Below are positions 25,884-34,654 of a stretch of DNA of 60,216 nucleotides, piece by piece (positions within the stretch are counted from its first letter, which is position 1; each line of letters opens with the position of its first letter). This DNA is from Anaerolineae bacterium (GTDB lineage: Bacteria; Chloroflexota; Anaerolineae; CG2-30-64-16), in the NCBI GenBank assembly GCA_034429055.1, contig DAOUGK010000025.1, forward strand, positions 1 through 60,216, written 5' to 3'. A program made the position numbers and the translations under genes. The notes below the pieces were generated by a model. It was not told the origin of the DNA. It worked only from the letters and a program-made list of their open reading frames with translations, and did no database searches.

Positions 25884-25912
25884 ACTATATCATAGAGGCC
25901 GGAATCGTGCAA
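25884..25912 (-). promoter_or_regulatory. Candidate sigma70-type promoter for tRNA-Val
   Basis: On the coding strand: TTGCAC, a 17-nt spacer, then TATAGT. It ends 11 nt before the first tRNA base. Confidence 0.5.
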
Positions 25913-26029
25913 AACGCGGAAGGTCACTCATCGCACGGCCCCATTTACCGGTTTGGCATGATTGGGGTTATAATTTGTTCGTTGCAGTGCAATCGGCAAC
26001 TAAACCGGTTCTTGACGCTCAGGTGAGGT

Positions 26030-26773
26030 ATGGCTCGACGCGCTTATGCGCTCCTCTTTGTGATCATCTTGCTGCTGGCAGGCATTGCCGGTGTTTTTGG
26101 CGCCCGGTTTCTGCTGGCTCGATTGCAGAGTGATTTTGAGCCGCGGCCGGCCTGGACGCCTTCGACCGAAGTTGCTTCCGGCGCGACGGAGCCGGTTTCA
26201 GGCGCAGACACCCCACCGCCAACTAGCCCGGCCTTACCAACCAGCACGTTCACGCCGCGGCCCACGGGGACCCTCATGGTCGTCGCCACACCGACTGGTG
26301 TGGCTCCTGTGCCGCTGACTCCGATCCCGACGGTCGACGCGACCGGTCAGCCTGAGACAGCCCTGACGCCCGACGCCTCGTTCAGCGAGGGTACGCCGAC
26401 CGAGACCCTGACCCCTGCCGAAGTTCCCGTTAGTGCGCTCCCCTACATCCTGGCTGCGCCAGTCCGTGACACCGCCGGCGACTGCCCCGGCAACTATGTC
26501 CTGGGACAGGTGACCGACCGCGCAGGCAATCCGCTGCCGGATATCCGGTTGAAGCTGGTAGATGAGTACGGCAACGTGCAGTATGCCGTTTCCAAGCCCG
26601 GTCCCGCGGACAAGGGGTTGTATGACTTCCCGGTAACCGGCCCGCCGCGCCGGCTCACGCTCACCGTGGTCGATGCGGACGAGGGGCCGCTCAGCGAAGG
26701 CATCGAAATCGGTCACCAGGTGGGCGACAATCCCGACGCGACCTGCCACTGGGTCGATTGGCAGCGCCGTTGA
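26030..26773 (+). CDS. Membrane-anchored hypothetical protein with Pro/Thr-rich linker (247 aa)
   Basis: The N-terminal TM anchor is AYALLFVIILLLAGIAGVFGARFLL. A P/T-rich spacer follows, then a C-terminal ~100-aa beta-rich region (DCPGNYVLGQVTDRAGNPLPDIRLKLVDEYGNVQYAV). The RBS is aggtgagg. Confidence 0.75.
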   Translation: MARRAYALLFVIILLLAGIAGVFGARFLLARLQSDFEPRPAWTPSTEVASGATEPVSGADTPPPTSPALPTSTFTPRPTGTLMVVATPTGVAPVPLTPIPTVDATGQPETALTPDASFSEGTPTETLTPAEVPVSALPYILAAPVRDTAGDCPGNYVLGQVTDRAGNPLPDIRLKLVDEYGNVQYAVSKPGPADKGLYDFPVTGPPRRLTLTVVDADEGPLSEGIEIGHQVGDNPDATCHWVDWQRR

Positions 26774-26811
26774 CACATCAGGAATTCCCGATACAGTCCC
26801 TGCTGAATCAT

Positions 26812-26881
26812 GGAGTCGAGACTTCAGCCGGTTGGGGTATCTATCTCTGAAGCCAACCTAACCGGCTGAAGCCTCGACTCC
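26812..26881. repeat. 22-bp-arm inverted repeat (1 mismatch, 26-nt loop) between convergent genes
   Basis: ggagtcgagacttcagccggtt (26812-26833) pairs with aaccggctgaagcctcgactcc (26860-26881). No U-tract is present. It may be a transcript-end structure for the 247-aa gene. Confidence 0.7.
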
Positions 26882-26943
26882 GAATAGGTCTGGAGAGCCT
26901 GCCTGGCCTGCTCCATCCTCTACCCCTGGGTTCTGTACTCTGA

Positions 26944-26988
26944 TCCAAACAAAAGGAGGAAGACGACAACCCTGTCATCTTCCTCCTT
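26944..26988 (-). terminator. Rho-independent terminator of the GH5-like gene
   Basis: On the minus strand: aaggaggaaga, a 14-nt loop, tcttcctcctt, then ttgtttgg. It lies 29 nt downstream of the stop codon. Confidence 0.7.
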
Positions 26989-27016
26989 ACTCGTTACTGC
27001 TTACTCGTTACGCACA

Positions 27017-28429
27017 TCACTCCGGCGGCACGTACGGGCACTTCTGCCCGCGCAGGTCGTTCAGGTAGATGCACAGAATGACATACGCGTCCCGCAGGAA
27101 TAGCTCCGGATAGCCCGGGCCAATGACCGACCAGTAGAATTGCTCCGTGTCCTTGGTCCAATCGCGGTCGGGCATGTAGATGACGGTCATCAGGCCAATC
27201 CACGGCGTCCAGTTCTCGCGCGCATAGCGGAAGGCTCTTTCGAGATACTGCCCCTTCAGCGCCTCCGAGATGCCTGCGCCCGCGCCGTGCCAGTAGTAGG
27301 GCGAATCCGGCCGGTTGTCGGTCGTCCAGCCGAACTCAAGGATCGCGATGCGCTTGTCCTGGTCGCCGTAGCGCTCCATGACGGCGCGCACATCCTCGAC
27401 ATGGCGGAAGGCGAAGAACCGTTCGCCGCCATACTCGGCCTTGTTCGCGGCCGTCTCGTCAGGCGAGATTTCCGGCGCGGCCGCAAAGCCCGCCGCGTGG
27501 ACGCCCAGCAGGTCGAAGTACCCGTCGCTGTCGCCGCCCATCGCCTGATACAACTGCTCGTAGAACTTGATATCCGGCATGGCCTCGTTCGTGTCGGTGC
27601 CGGTGGGCGCCATGCCAGCCGTGATGACGAGTGCATTCGGGTCGATGCCCTTGATGGCCTTGTAGGACATCTGGAGCATGCGCGCATAGCCGGCCGGGTC
27701 GGGCCGCTTGCCGCCCCACTCGCGCGCCAGGTTCGGCTCATTCCAGACCTGGTATGCGTGGATGCGGCCCGCGTAACGGCTGGCGACCGCGGCCAGGAAG
27801 TCTGCGAAGTGGCCCGCGTTGTCCGGCGGGTTGCCCGCCCAGAAGGGCCGGTCCGGGTCCTGGCTCACGCGCACGATCAGCTTGAGGTTGTGTGCCTCCA
27901 CCTCGTCCACGACGCGGTCCGCATTCGTCCAGTCGAACTGCCCCTTGCCCGCGCCCTCGATGTCCTGCCAGGAGAACAACTGCTTGACCCACGTGAAGCC
28001 CGCCTCCTGGATGAGGCCGAGGTCGCGGTCCGCGACTTCGGGCCGCCACCAGAGGAAGGCCTGGATGCCGTAGTCCGGCGAGGCCATCAAGTCACCTTTG
28101 CCGACAACGGGCGTCGCCGCAGGCGGCTTCGTGGTCGGCGTCGGTGGGATGGGCGTGGGACTCGGCCCGGCCGTCGGTTTAGCGGCAGGGGTGTCCGTCG
28201 GGGCCGCGGTGGCGGTCGGCTCAGCAGCGGCTTCCGCAGGGGTCGCTGTCGCTGCGGCGGCTACCTCTGCGGCGGTCGGCGAAGCCTCCGCACGCGGGGT
28301 CTTGGTCGGTGTGGGGGTGGCTGCCGGCCCGGCCGACCCGCAGGAGGCCAGCACCGGCCCGGCTGCCAGCATCACGATGATGAGCAACCAGGGCCACAAC
28401 CTACGCAAACTGACACGGTTGATGGACAT
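27017..28429 (-). CDS. Secreted GH5-like (clan GH-A TIM-barrel) glycosidase lipoprotein (470 aa)
   Basis: The start MSINRV is preceded by aaggag, and the lipobox is LASCGS. A long A/P/T linker follows. The acid/base motif is YQVWNEPNLAREWGG and the nucleophile context is ILEFGWTT. Confidence 0.82.
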   Translation of the reverse strand: MSINRVSLRRLWPWLLIIVMLAAGPVLASCGSAGPAATPTPTKTPRAEASPTAAEVAAAATATPAEAAAEPTATAAPTDTPAAKPTAGPSPTPIPPTPTTKPPAATPVVGKGDLMASPDYGIQAFLWWRPEVADRDLGLIQEAGFTWVKQLFSWQDIEGAGKGQFDWTNADRVVDEVEAHNLKLIVRVSQDPDRPFWAGNPPDNAGHFADFLAAVASRYAGRIHAYQVWNEPNLAREWGGKRPDPAGYARMLQMSYKAIKGIDPNALVITAGMAPTGTDTNEAMPDIKFYEQLYQAMGGDSDGYFDLLGVHAAGFAAAPEISPDETAANKAEYGGERFFAFRHVEDVRAVMERYGDQDKRIAILEFGWTTDNRPDSPYYWHGAGAGISEALKGQYLERAFRYARENWTPWIGLMTVIYMPDRDWTKDTEQFYWSVIGPGYPELFLRDAYVILCIYLNDLRGQKCPYVPPE

Positions 28430-28487
28430 GGTAAGGTAAAACTCCTTATGAGAAACCCGGTTTCTTGGAATACCGGGTTTCAGAAGG

Positions 28488-29885
28488 TTACTTGGGCATC
28501 CCCTGGAGCATACCATAGGCCGCGCGGCCGCGAATGCCGAAGGCGGCCATCTCCGAGCTGGGATTGGTCTGATTATAGTTCAGGTTCCAGAGGAACGCCA
28601 CGCCGACCCAGCCCCAGTTGCGCATCATCTCATAGGCCCGCACGATGTACTCGCCCTGCTGCTGCTCGGAGTTGTACGCGGCATACTCGTAGCCGCCCAC
28701 CGGGTTGCCGCTGGAGGCCCAGCCGAACTCGGTCGGCCACAGGCGCTTGTTGCCATCACCGTACTTGACCATGATGTTGCGGTACTGCTCCATGGTGTTG
28801 CGGAAATAGAACGATGGATCTGCGACGTGCGAGGGCCGCCCGTAGTTCCCGGCCTGCCAATCCTGGAAGCGGGCATCCGGCGGATTGCCGTAGCCGCTGG
28901 GATGCACGCCCACCGCATCGCAGAAGTTGCGCAGGCCTGCGCGGTACATCTGCTCGAGGTAGGTCGTGTCGCGGATAGCCGCGGGCGGCTGCGCACCGGT
29001 GGGGGTCGGCGCGCCGCTGACGACGATCATGCCGGGGCACGCGGCCTTGATGGCCCGATAAGCGGCGGCCAGCAGCCGCACATAGCGCGCCGCGTCCAGC
29101 GCTTCGTTGCCCCACTCGTAATGCAGGTTCTGCTCGTTCCAAACCTCGATGGCCTGCACGCGGCCGCAGTAGCGGCCGGCAAACTCACCGACGAAGCTGG
29201 CGTAGGTGTTCGGGTCGGCGGGCGGCCCTTCCACACCCAGGTCGGTGCCTCCGGGGCGCGCCCACTGGGGCGCCTTGACGATGCTGGCGAGAATCTGGAT
29301 GCCGTTGCTGTTGAACGCGCCGATAATATCGTCCGGCCAGTTGCGTTGGCCCGGCCCGCCGCCCTCGAAATCCTTCCACGGCAACTGGAACTTTACCCAA
29401 CTGAAGCCCAGCCCCTTGACACCATCCACCGAACCCCAGAGGTCACCGGGGTCCACCTGGATGCCGTAGCCGAAGAAGCCCGGCGCAGAGGGCCGCGGCG
29501 CCGCCCCGGCAGAGACGTTCCGAGCCGCCGCCGGAGGCGCGGCCACCTTGACGACCTGCAAACTGTCGAGGCTGCCATTGGTCTTGACGTAGGAGCCGGA
29601 AATCCAGCCGGCCTTGCCGTTGACATCGATCTGCCACCACCCGCCGGTCTCGCTCTTGCCGGTGATGGTGAAGGTCTGGCCGGCCTTCGTGCTGCCGATC
29701 CGACCATAGGCCGTGCTGGGCCCGCTGCGCAGGTTGACGACGCTGCCGGTGACGGTGGCCGTGGGGCCTTCCGCCGCGTACGCAGGCGGCACAGCAGCGA
29801 GCAGCAGGCTCGCCAGCATGACAACTGCGACAAACAGCGTGAGATGCCTGTGGGGCGAAAAATGGCCGGGTTTATTGCGCATCAT
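28488..29885 (-). CDS. Secreted SH3b-domain + GH5-like (clan GH-A TIM-barrel) glycosidase (465 aa)
   Basis: A signal peptide ends at PPAYA|AEG. The SH3_3-type domain is ATVTGSVVNLRSGPSTAYGRIGSTKAGQTFTITGKSETGGWWQIDVNGKAGWISGSYV. The catalytic motifs are IEVWNEQNLHYEWG and PTEFGWAS. The ATG at 29885 lies 7 nt after ggag. Confidence 0.82.
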   Translation of the reverse strand: MMRNKPGHFSPHRHLTLFVAVVMLASLLLAAVPPAYAAEGPTATVTGSVVNLRSGPSTAYGRIGSTKAGQTFTITGKSETGGWWQIDVNGKAGWISGSYVKTNGSLDSLQVVKVAAPPAAARNVSAGAAPRPSAPGFFGYGIQVDPGDLWGSVDGVKGLGFSWVKFQLPWKDFEGGGPGQRNWPDDIIGAFNSNGIQILASIVKAPQWARPGGTDLGVEGPPADPNTYASFVGEFAGRYCGRVQAIEVWNEQNLHYEWGNEALDAARYVRLLAAAYRAIKAACPGMIVVSGAPTPTGAQPPAAIRDTTYLEQMYRAGLRNFCDAVGVHPSGYGNPPDARFQDWQAGNYGRPSHVADPSFYFRNTMEQYRNIMVKYGDGNKRLWPTEFGWASSGNPVGGYEYAAYNSEQQQGEYIVRAYEMMRNWGWVGVAFLWNLNYNQTNPSSEMAAFGIRGRAAYGMLQGMPK

Positions 29886-30331
29886 GAACACTCCAGAAGA
29901 TAGGGTTGTGGTATGGATTGCGAATGGTGCGTGGGGTTAACAACTGAACAGCGGCCTGGAAGGCAGCCGCAGTACAGGCTCAGAAGGGAGCGGGAACGTA
30001 CGCCGGGTTTCATCCGGTGTCCTCTGGTTCGGCTCTGGGTGAGCCGCGGGCTATCTGGCCCGCGGCAGACAGGTGCAAGGGAGAGAAAAGACGGGTGCCG
30101 CGCGTCGTACGACGCGCGGCACCCGTCTTTTCTCTCCCTTGCACCTGTCTGCCGCGGGCCAGATAGCCCGCGGCTCACCCAGAGCCGAACCAGAGGACAC
30201 CGGATGAAACCCGGCGTACGTTCCCGCTCCCTTCTGAGCCTGTACTGCGGCTGCCTTCCAGGCCGCTGTTCAGTTGTTAACCCCACGCACCATTCGCAAT
30301 CCATACCACAACCCTATCTTCTGGAGTGTTC

Positions 30332-31729
30332 ATGATGCGCAATAAACCCGGCCATTTTTCGCCCCACAGGCATCTCACGCTGTTTGTCGCAGTTGTCATG
30401 CTGGCGAGCCTGCTGCTCGCTGCTGTGCCGCCTGCGTACGCGGCGGAAGGCCCCACGGCCACCGTCACCGGCAGCGTCGTCAACCTGCGCAGCGGGCCCA
30501 GCACGGCCTATGGTCGGATCGGCAGCACGAAGGCCGGCCAGACCTTCACCATCACCGGCAAGAGCGAGACCGGCGGGTGGTGGCAGATCGATGTCAACGG
30601 CAAGGCCGGCTGGATTTCCGGCTCCTACGTCAAGACCAATGGCAGCCTCGACAGTTTGCAGGTCGTCAAGGTGGCCGCGCCTCCGGCGGCGGCTCGGAAC
30701 GTCTCTGCCGGGGCGGCGCCGCGGCCCTCTGCGCCGGGCTTCTTCGGCTACGGCATCCAGGTGGACCCCGGTGACCTCTGGGGTTCGGTGGATGGTGTCA
30801 AGGGGCTGGGCTTCAGTTGGGTAAAGTTCCAGTTGCCGTGGAAGGATTTCGAGGGCGGCGGGCCGGGCCAACGCAACTGGCCGGACGATATTATCGGCGC
30901 GTTCAACAGCAACGGCATCCAGATTCTCGCCAGCATCGTCAAGGCGCCCCAGTGGGCGCGCCCCGGAGGCACCGACCTGGGTGTGGAAGGGCCGCCCGCC
31001 GACCCGAACACCTACGCCAGCTTCGTCGGTGAGTTTGCCGGCCGCTACTGCGGCCGCGTGCAGGCCATCGAGGTTTGGAACGAGCAGAACCTGCATTACG
31101 AGTGGGGCAACGAAGCGCTGGACGCGGCGCGCTATGTGCGGCTGCTGGCCGCCGCTTATCGGGCCATCAAGGCCGCGTGCCCCGGCATGATCGTCGTCAG
31201 CGGCGCGCCGACCCCCACCGGTGCGCAGCCGCCCGCGGCTATCCGCGACACGACCTACCTCGAGCAGATGTACCGCGCAGGCCTGCGCAACTTCTGCGAT
31301 GCGGTGGGCGTGCATCCCAGCGGCTACGGCAATCCGCCGGATGCCCGCTTCCAGGATTGGCAGGCCGGGAACTACGGGCGGCCCTCGCACGTCGCAGATC
31401 CATCGTTCTATTTCCGCAACACCATGGAGCAGTACCGCAACATCATGGTCAAGTACGGTGATGGCAACAAGCGCCTGTGGCCGACCGAGTTCGGCTGGGC
31501 CTCCAGCGGCAACCCGGTGGGCGGCTACGAGTATGCCGCGTACAACTCCGAGCAGCAGCAGGGCGAGTACATCGTGCGGGCCTATGAGATGATGCGCAAC
31601 TGGGGCTGGGTCGGCGTGGCGTTCCTCTGGAACCTGAACTATAATCAGACCAATCCCAGCTCGGAGATGGCCGCCTTCGGCATTCGCGGCCGCGCGGCCT
31701 ATGGTATGCTCCAGGGGATGCCCAAGTAA
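30332..31729 (+). CDS. Secreted SH3b-domain + GH5-like glycosidase (mirror copy)
   Basis: Exact reverse-complement twin of 28488-29885; same evidence. Confidence 0.82.
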   Translation: MMRNKPGHFSPHRHLTLFVAVVMLASLLLAAVPPAYAAEGPTATVTGSVVNLRSGPSTAYGRIGSTKAGQTFTITGKSETGGWWQIDVNGKAGWISGSYVKTNGSLDSLQVVKVAAPPAAARNVSAGAAPRPSAPGFFGYGIQVDPGDLWGSVDGVKGLGFSWVKFQLPWKDFEGGGPGQRNWPDDIIGAFNSNGIQILASIVKAPQWARPGGTDLGVEGPPADPNTYASFVGEFAGRYCGRVQAIEVWNEQNLHYEWGNEALDAARYVRLLAAAYRAIKAACPGMIVVSGAPTPTGAQPPAAIRDTTYLEQMYRAGLRNFCDAVGVHPSGYGNPPDARFQDWQAGNYGRPSHVADPSFYFRNTMEQYRNIMVKYGDGNKRLWPTEFGWASSGNPVGGYEYAAYNSEQQQGEYIVRAYEMMRNWGWVGVAFLWNLNYNQTNPSSEMAAFGIRGRAAYGMLQGMPK

Positions 31730-31787
31730 CCTTCTGAAACCCGGTATTCCAAGAAACCGGGTTTCTCATAAGGAGTTTTACCTTACC

Positions 31788-33200
31788 ATGTCCATCAACC
31801 GTGTCAGTTTGCGTAGGTTGTGGCCCTGGTTGCTCATCATCGTGATGCTGGCAGCCGGGCCGGTGCTGGCCTCCTGCGGGTCGGCCGGGCCGGCAGCCAC
31901 CCCCACACCGACCAAGACCCCGCGTGCGGAGGCTTCGCCGACCGCCGCAGAGGTAGCCGCCGCAGCGACAGCGACCCCTGCGGAAGCCGCTGCTGAGCCG
32001 ACCGCCACCGCGGCCCCGACGGACACCCCTGCCGCTAAACCGACGGCCGGGCCGAGTCCCACGCCCATCCCACCGACGCCGACCACGAAGCCGCCTGCGG
32101 CGACGCCCGTTGTCGGCAAAGGTGACTTGATGGCCTCGCCGGACTACGGCATCCAGGCCTTCCTCTGGTGGCGGCCCGAAGTCGCGGACCGCGACCTCGG
32201 CCTCATCCAGGAGGCGGGCTTCACGTGGGTCAAGCAGTTGTTCTCCTGGCAGGACATCGAGGGCGCGGGCAAGGGGCAGTTCGACTGGACGAATGCGGAC
32301 CGCGTCGTGGACGAGGTGGAGGCACACAACCTCAAGCTGATCGTGCGCGTGAGCCAGGACCCGGACCGGCCCTTCTGGGCGGGCAACCCGCCGGACAACG
32401 CGGGCCACTTCGCAGACTTCCTGGCCGCGGTCGCCAGCCGTTACGCGGGCCGCATCCACGCATACCAGGTCTGGAATGAGCCGAACCTGGCGCGCGAGTG
32501 GGGCGGCAAGCGGCCCGACCCGGCCGGCTATGCGCGCATGCTCCAGATGTCCTACAAGGCCATCAAGGGCATCGACCCGAATGCACTCGTCATCACGGCT
32601 GGCATGGCGCCCACCGGCACCGACACGAACGAGGCCATGCCGGATATCAAGTTCTACGAGCAGTTGTATCAGGCGATGGGCGGCGACAGCGACGGGTACT
32701 TCGACCTGCTGGGCGTCCACGCGGCGGGCTTTGCGGCCGCGCCGGAAATCTCGCCTGACGAGACGGCCGCGAACAAGGCCGAGTATGGCGGCGAACGGTT
32801 CTTCGCCTTCCGCCATGTCGAGGATGTGCGCGCCGTCATGGAGCGCTACGGCGACCAGGACAAGCGCATCGCGATCCTTGAGTTCGGCTGGACGACCGAC
32901 AACCGGCCGGATTCGCCCTACTACTGGCACGGCGCGGGCGCAGGCATCTCGGAGGCGCTGAAGGGGCAGTATCTCGAAAGAGCCTTCCGCTATGCGCGCG
33001 AGAACTGGACGCCGTGGATTGGCCTGATGACCGTCATCTACATGCCCGACCGCGATTGGACCAAGGACACGGAGCAATTCTACTGGTCGGTCATTGGCCC
33101 GGGCTATCCGGAGCTATTCCTGCGGGACGCGTATGTCATTCTGTGCATCTACCTGAACGACCTGCGCGGGCAGAAGTGCCCGTACGTGCCGCCGGAGTGA
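31788..33200 (+). CDS. Secreted GH5-like glycosidase lipoprotein (mirror copy)
   Basis: Exact twin of 27017-28429. Confidence 0.82.
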   Translation: MSINRVSLRRLWPWLLIIVMLAAGPVLASCGSAGPAATPTPTKTPRAEASPTAAEVAAAATATPAEAAAEPTATAAPTDTPAAKPTAGPSPTPIPPTPTTKPPAATPVVGKGDLMASPDYGIQAFLWWRPEVADRDLGLIQEAGFTWVKQLFSWQDIEGAGKGQFDWTNADRVVDEVEAHNLKLIVRVSQDPDRPFWAGNPPDNAGHFADFLAAVASRYAGRIHAYQVWNEPNLAREWGGKRPDPAGYARMLQMSYKAIKGIDPNALVITAGMAPTGTDTNEAMPDIKFYEQLYQAMGGDSDGYFDLLGVHAAGFAAAPEISPDETAANKAEYGGERFFAFRHVEDVRAVMERYGDQDKRIAILEFGWTTDNRPDSPYYWHGAGAGISEALKGQYLERAFRYARENWTPWIGLMTVIYMPDRDWTKDTEQFYWSVIGPGYPELFLRDAYVILCIYLNDLRGQKCPYVPPE

Positions 33201-33228
33201 TGTGCGTAACGAGTAAGCAGTAACGAGT

Positions 33229-33273
33229 AAGGAGGAAGATGACAGGGTTGTCGTCTTCCTCCTTTTGTTTGGA
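33229..33273 (+). terminator. Rho-independent terminator (mirror copy)
   Basis: Exact twin of 26944-26988: aaggaggaaga...tcttcctcctt followed by ttgtttgg. Confidence 0.7.
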
Positions 33274-33335
33274 TCAGAGTACAGAACCCAGGGGTAGAGG
33301 ATGGAGCAGGCCAGGCAGGCTCTCCAGACCTATTC

Positions 33336-33405
33336 GGAGTCGAGGCTTCAGCCGGTTAGGTTGGCTTCAGAGATAGATACCCCAACCGGCTGAAGTCTCG
33401 ACTCC
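33336..33405. repeat. 22-bp-arm inverted repeat (mirror copy)
   Basis: Exact twin of 26812-26881. Confidence 0.7.
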
Positions 33406-33443
33406 ATGATTCAGCAGGGACTGTATCGGGAATTCCTGATGTG

Positions 33444-34187
33444 TCAACGGCGCTGCCAATCGACCCAGTGGCAGGTCGCGTCGGGATTGTCGCCCACCTG
33501 GTGACCGATTTCGATGCCTTCGCTGAGCGGCCCCTCGTCCGCATCGACCACGGTGAGCGTGAGCCGGCGCGGCGGGCCGGTTACCGGGAAGTCATACAAC
33601 CCCTTGTCCGCGGGACCGGGCTTGGAAACGGCATACTGCACGTTGCCGTACTCATCTACCAGCTTCAACCGGATATCCGGCAGCGGATTGCCTGCGCGGT
33701 CGGTCACCTGTCCCAGGACATAGTTGCCGGGGCAGTCGCCGGCGGTGTCACGGACTGGCGCAGCCAGGATGTAGGGGAGCGCACTAACGGGAACTTCGGC
33801 AGGGGTCAGGGTCTCGGTCGGCGTACCCTCGCTGAACGAGGCGTCGGGCGTCAGGGCTGTCTCAGGCTGACCGGTCGCGTCGACCGTCGGGATCGGAGTC
33901 AGCGGCACAGGAGCCACACCAGTCGGTGTGGCGACGACCATGAGGGTCCCCGTGGGCCGCGGCGTGAACGTGCTGGTTGGTAAGGCCGGGCTAGTTGGCG
34001 GTGGGGTGTCTGCGCCTGAAACCGGCTCCGTCGCGCCGGAAGCAACTTCGGTCGAAGGCGTCCAGGCCGGCCGCGGCTCAAAATCACTCTGCAATCGAGC
34101 CAGCAGAAACCGGGCGCCAAAAACACCGGCAATGCCTGCCAGCAGCAAGATGATCACAAAGAGGAGCGCATAAGCGCGTCGAGCCAT
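33444..34187 (-). CDS. Membrane-anchored hypothetical protein (mirror copy)
   Basis: Exact twin of 26030-26773. Confidence 0.75.
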   Translation of the reverse strand: MARRAYALLFVIILLLAGIAGVFGARFLLARLQSDFEPRPAWTPSTEVASGATEPVSGADTPPPTSPALPTSTFTPRPTGTLMVVATPTGVAPVPLTPIPTVDATGQPETALTPDASFSEGTPTETLTPAEVPVSALPYILAAPVRDTAGDCPGNYVLGQVTDRAGNPLPDIRLKLVDEYGNVQYAVSKPGPADKGLYDFPVTGPPRRLTLTVVDADEGPLSEGIEIGHQVGDNPDATCHWVDWQRR

Positions 34188-34304
34188 ACCTCACCTGAGC
34201 GTCAAGAACCGGTTTAGTTGCCGATTGCACTGCAACGAACAAATTATAACCCCAATCATGCCAAACCGGTAAATGGGGCCGTGCGATGAGTGACCTTCCG
34301 CGTT

Positions 34305-34333
34305 TTGCACGATTCCGGCCTCTATGATATAGT
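34305..34333 (+). promoter_or_regulatory. Candidate sigma70-type promoter for tRNA-Val (mirror copy)
   Basis: TTGCAC (34305-34310), a 17-nt spacer, then TATAGT (34328-34333). The tRNA starts at 34345. Confidence 0.5.
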
Positions 34334-34344
34334 AGCCGTTGTTC

Positions 34345-34418
<74 letters not shown>

Positions 34419-34654
34419 CCTCAACATCGTCATCAGCCGCACCTTCGAAGCCCACGGATGGTTATCCGTGGGCTTCCCTTTTTCAAGCACTCACTTGTGA
34501 GGCAGCGGGCCGCGCCACAACCCCTGGCAACAGACCGCCATCCTCAGCACTCTGGGCTCCTTCGAACACCCAGACATGTCGCGCGCGGGCCGGGCTGGCG
34601 AGCGGGATGGTCCGGTCTGGTAGTATAATGTGGCGAGTAACACAGAAAGGACCC

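Noticed and set aside
25944-25974. Perfect TATAAT at 25969-25974 as a promoter for the 247-aa gene
   Set aside because: No acceptable -35 hexamer occurs at 16-18 nt spacing (the best is TTTACC at 19 nt). It is too weak to call from sequence alone.
30081-30136. GC-rich hairpin at the axis followed by cttttctctccc, resembling an intrinsic terminator or a telomere-resolvase (tel) site
   Set aside because: Any palindrome axis automatically looks like a hairpin. The T-rich run is simply the complement of gggagagaaaag on the other arm, so it gives no independent evidence for a terminator or a resolution site.
29882-30335. Two identical 140-aa ORFs (29913-30335 + and 29882-30304 -) spanning the palindrome axis
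   Set aside because: They exist only because the sequence reads the same on both strands across the axis. They have no RBS or recognisable domain and lie in the upstream non-coding region of the SH3b-GH5-like gene.
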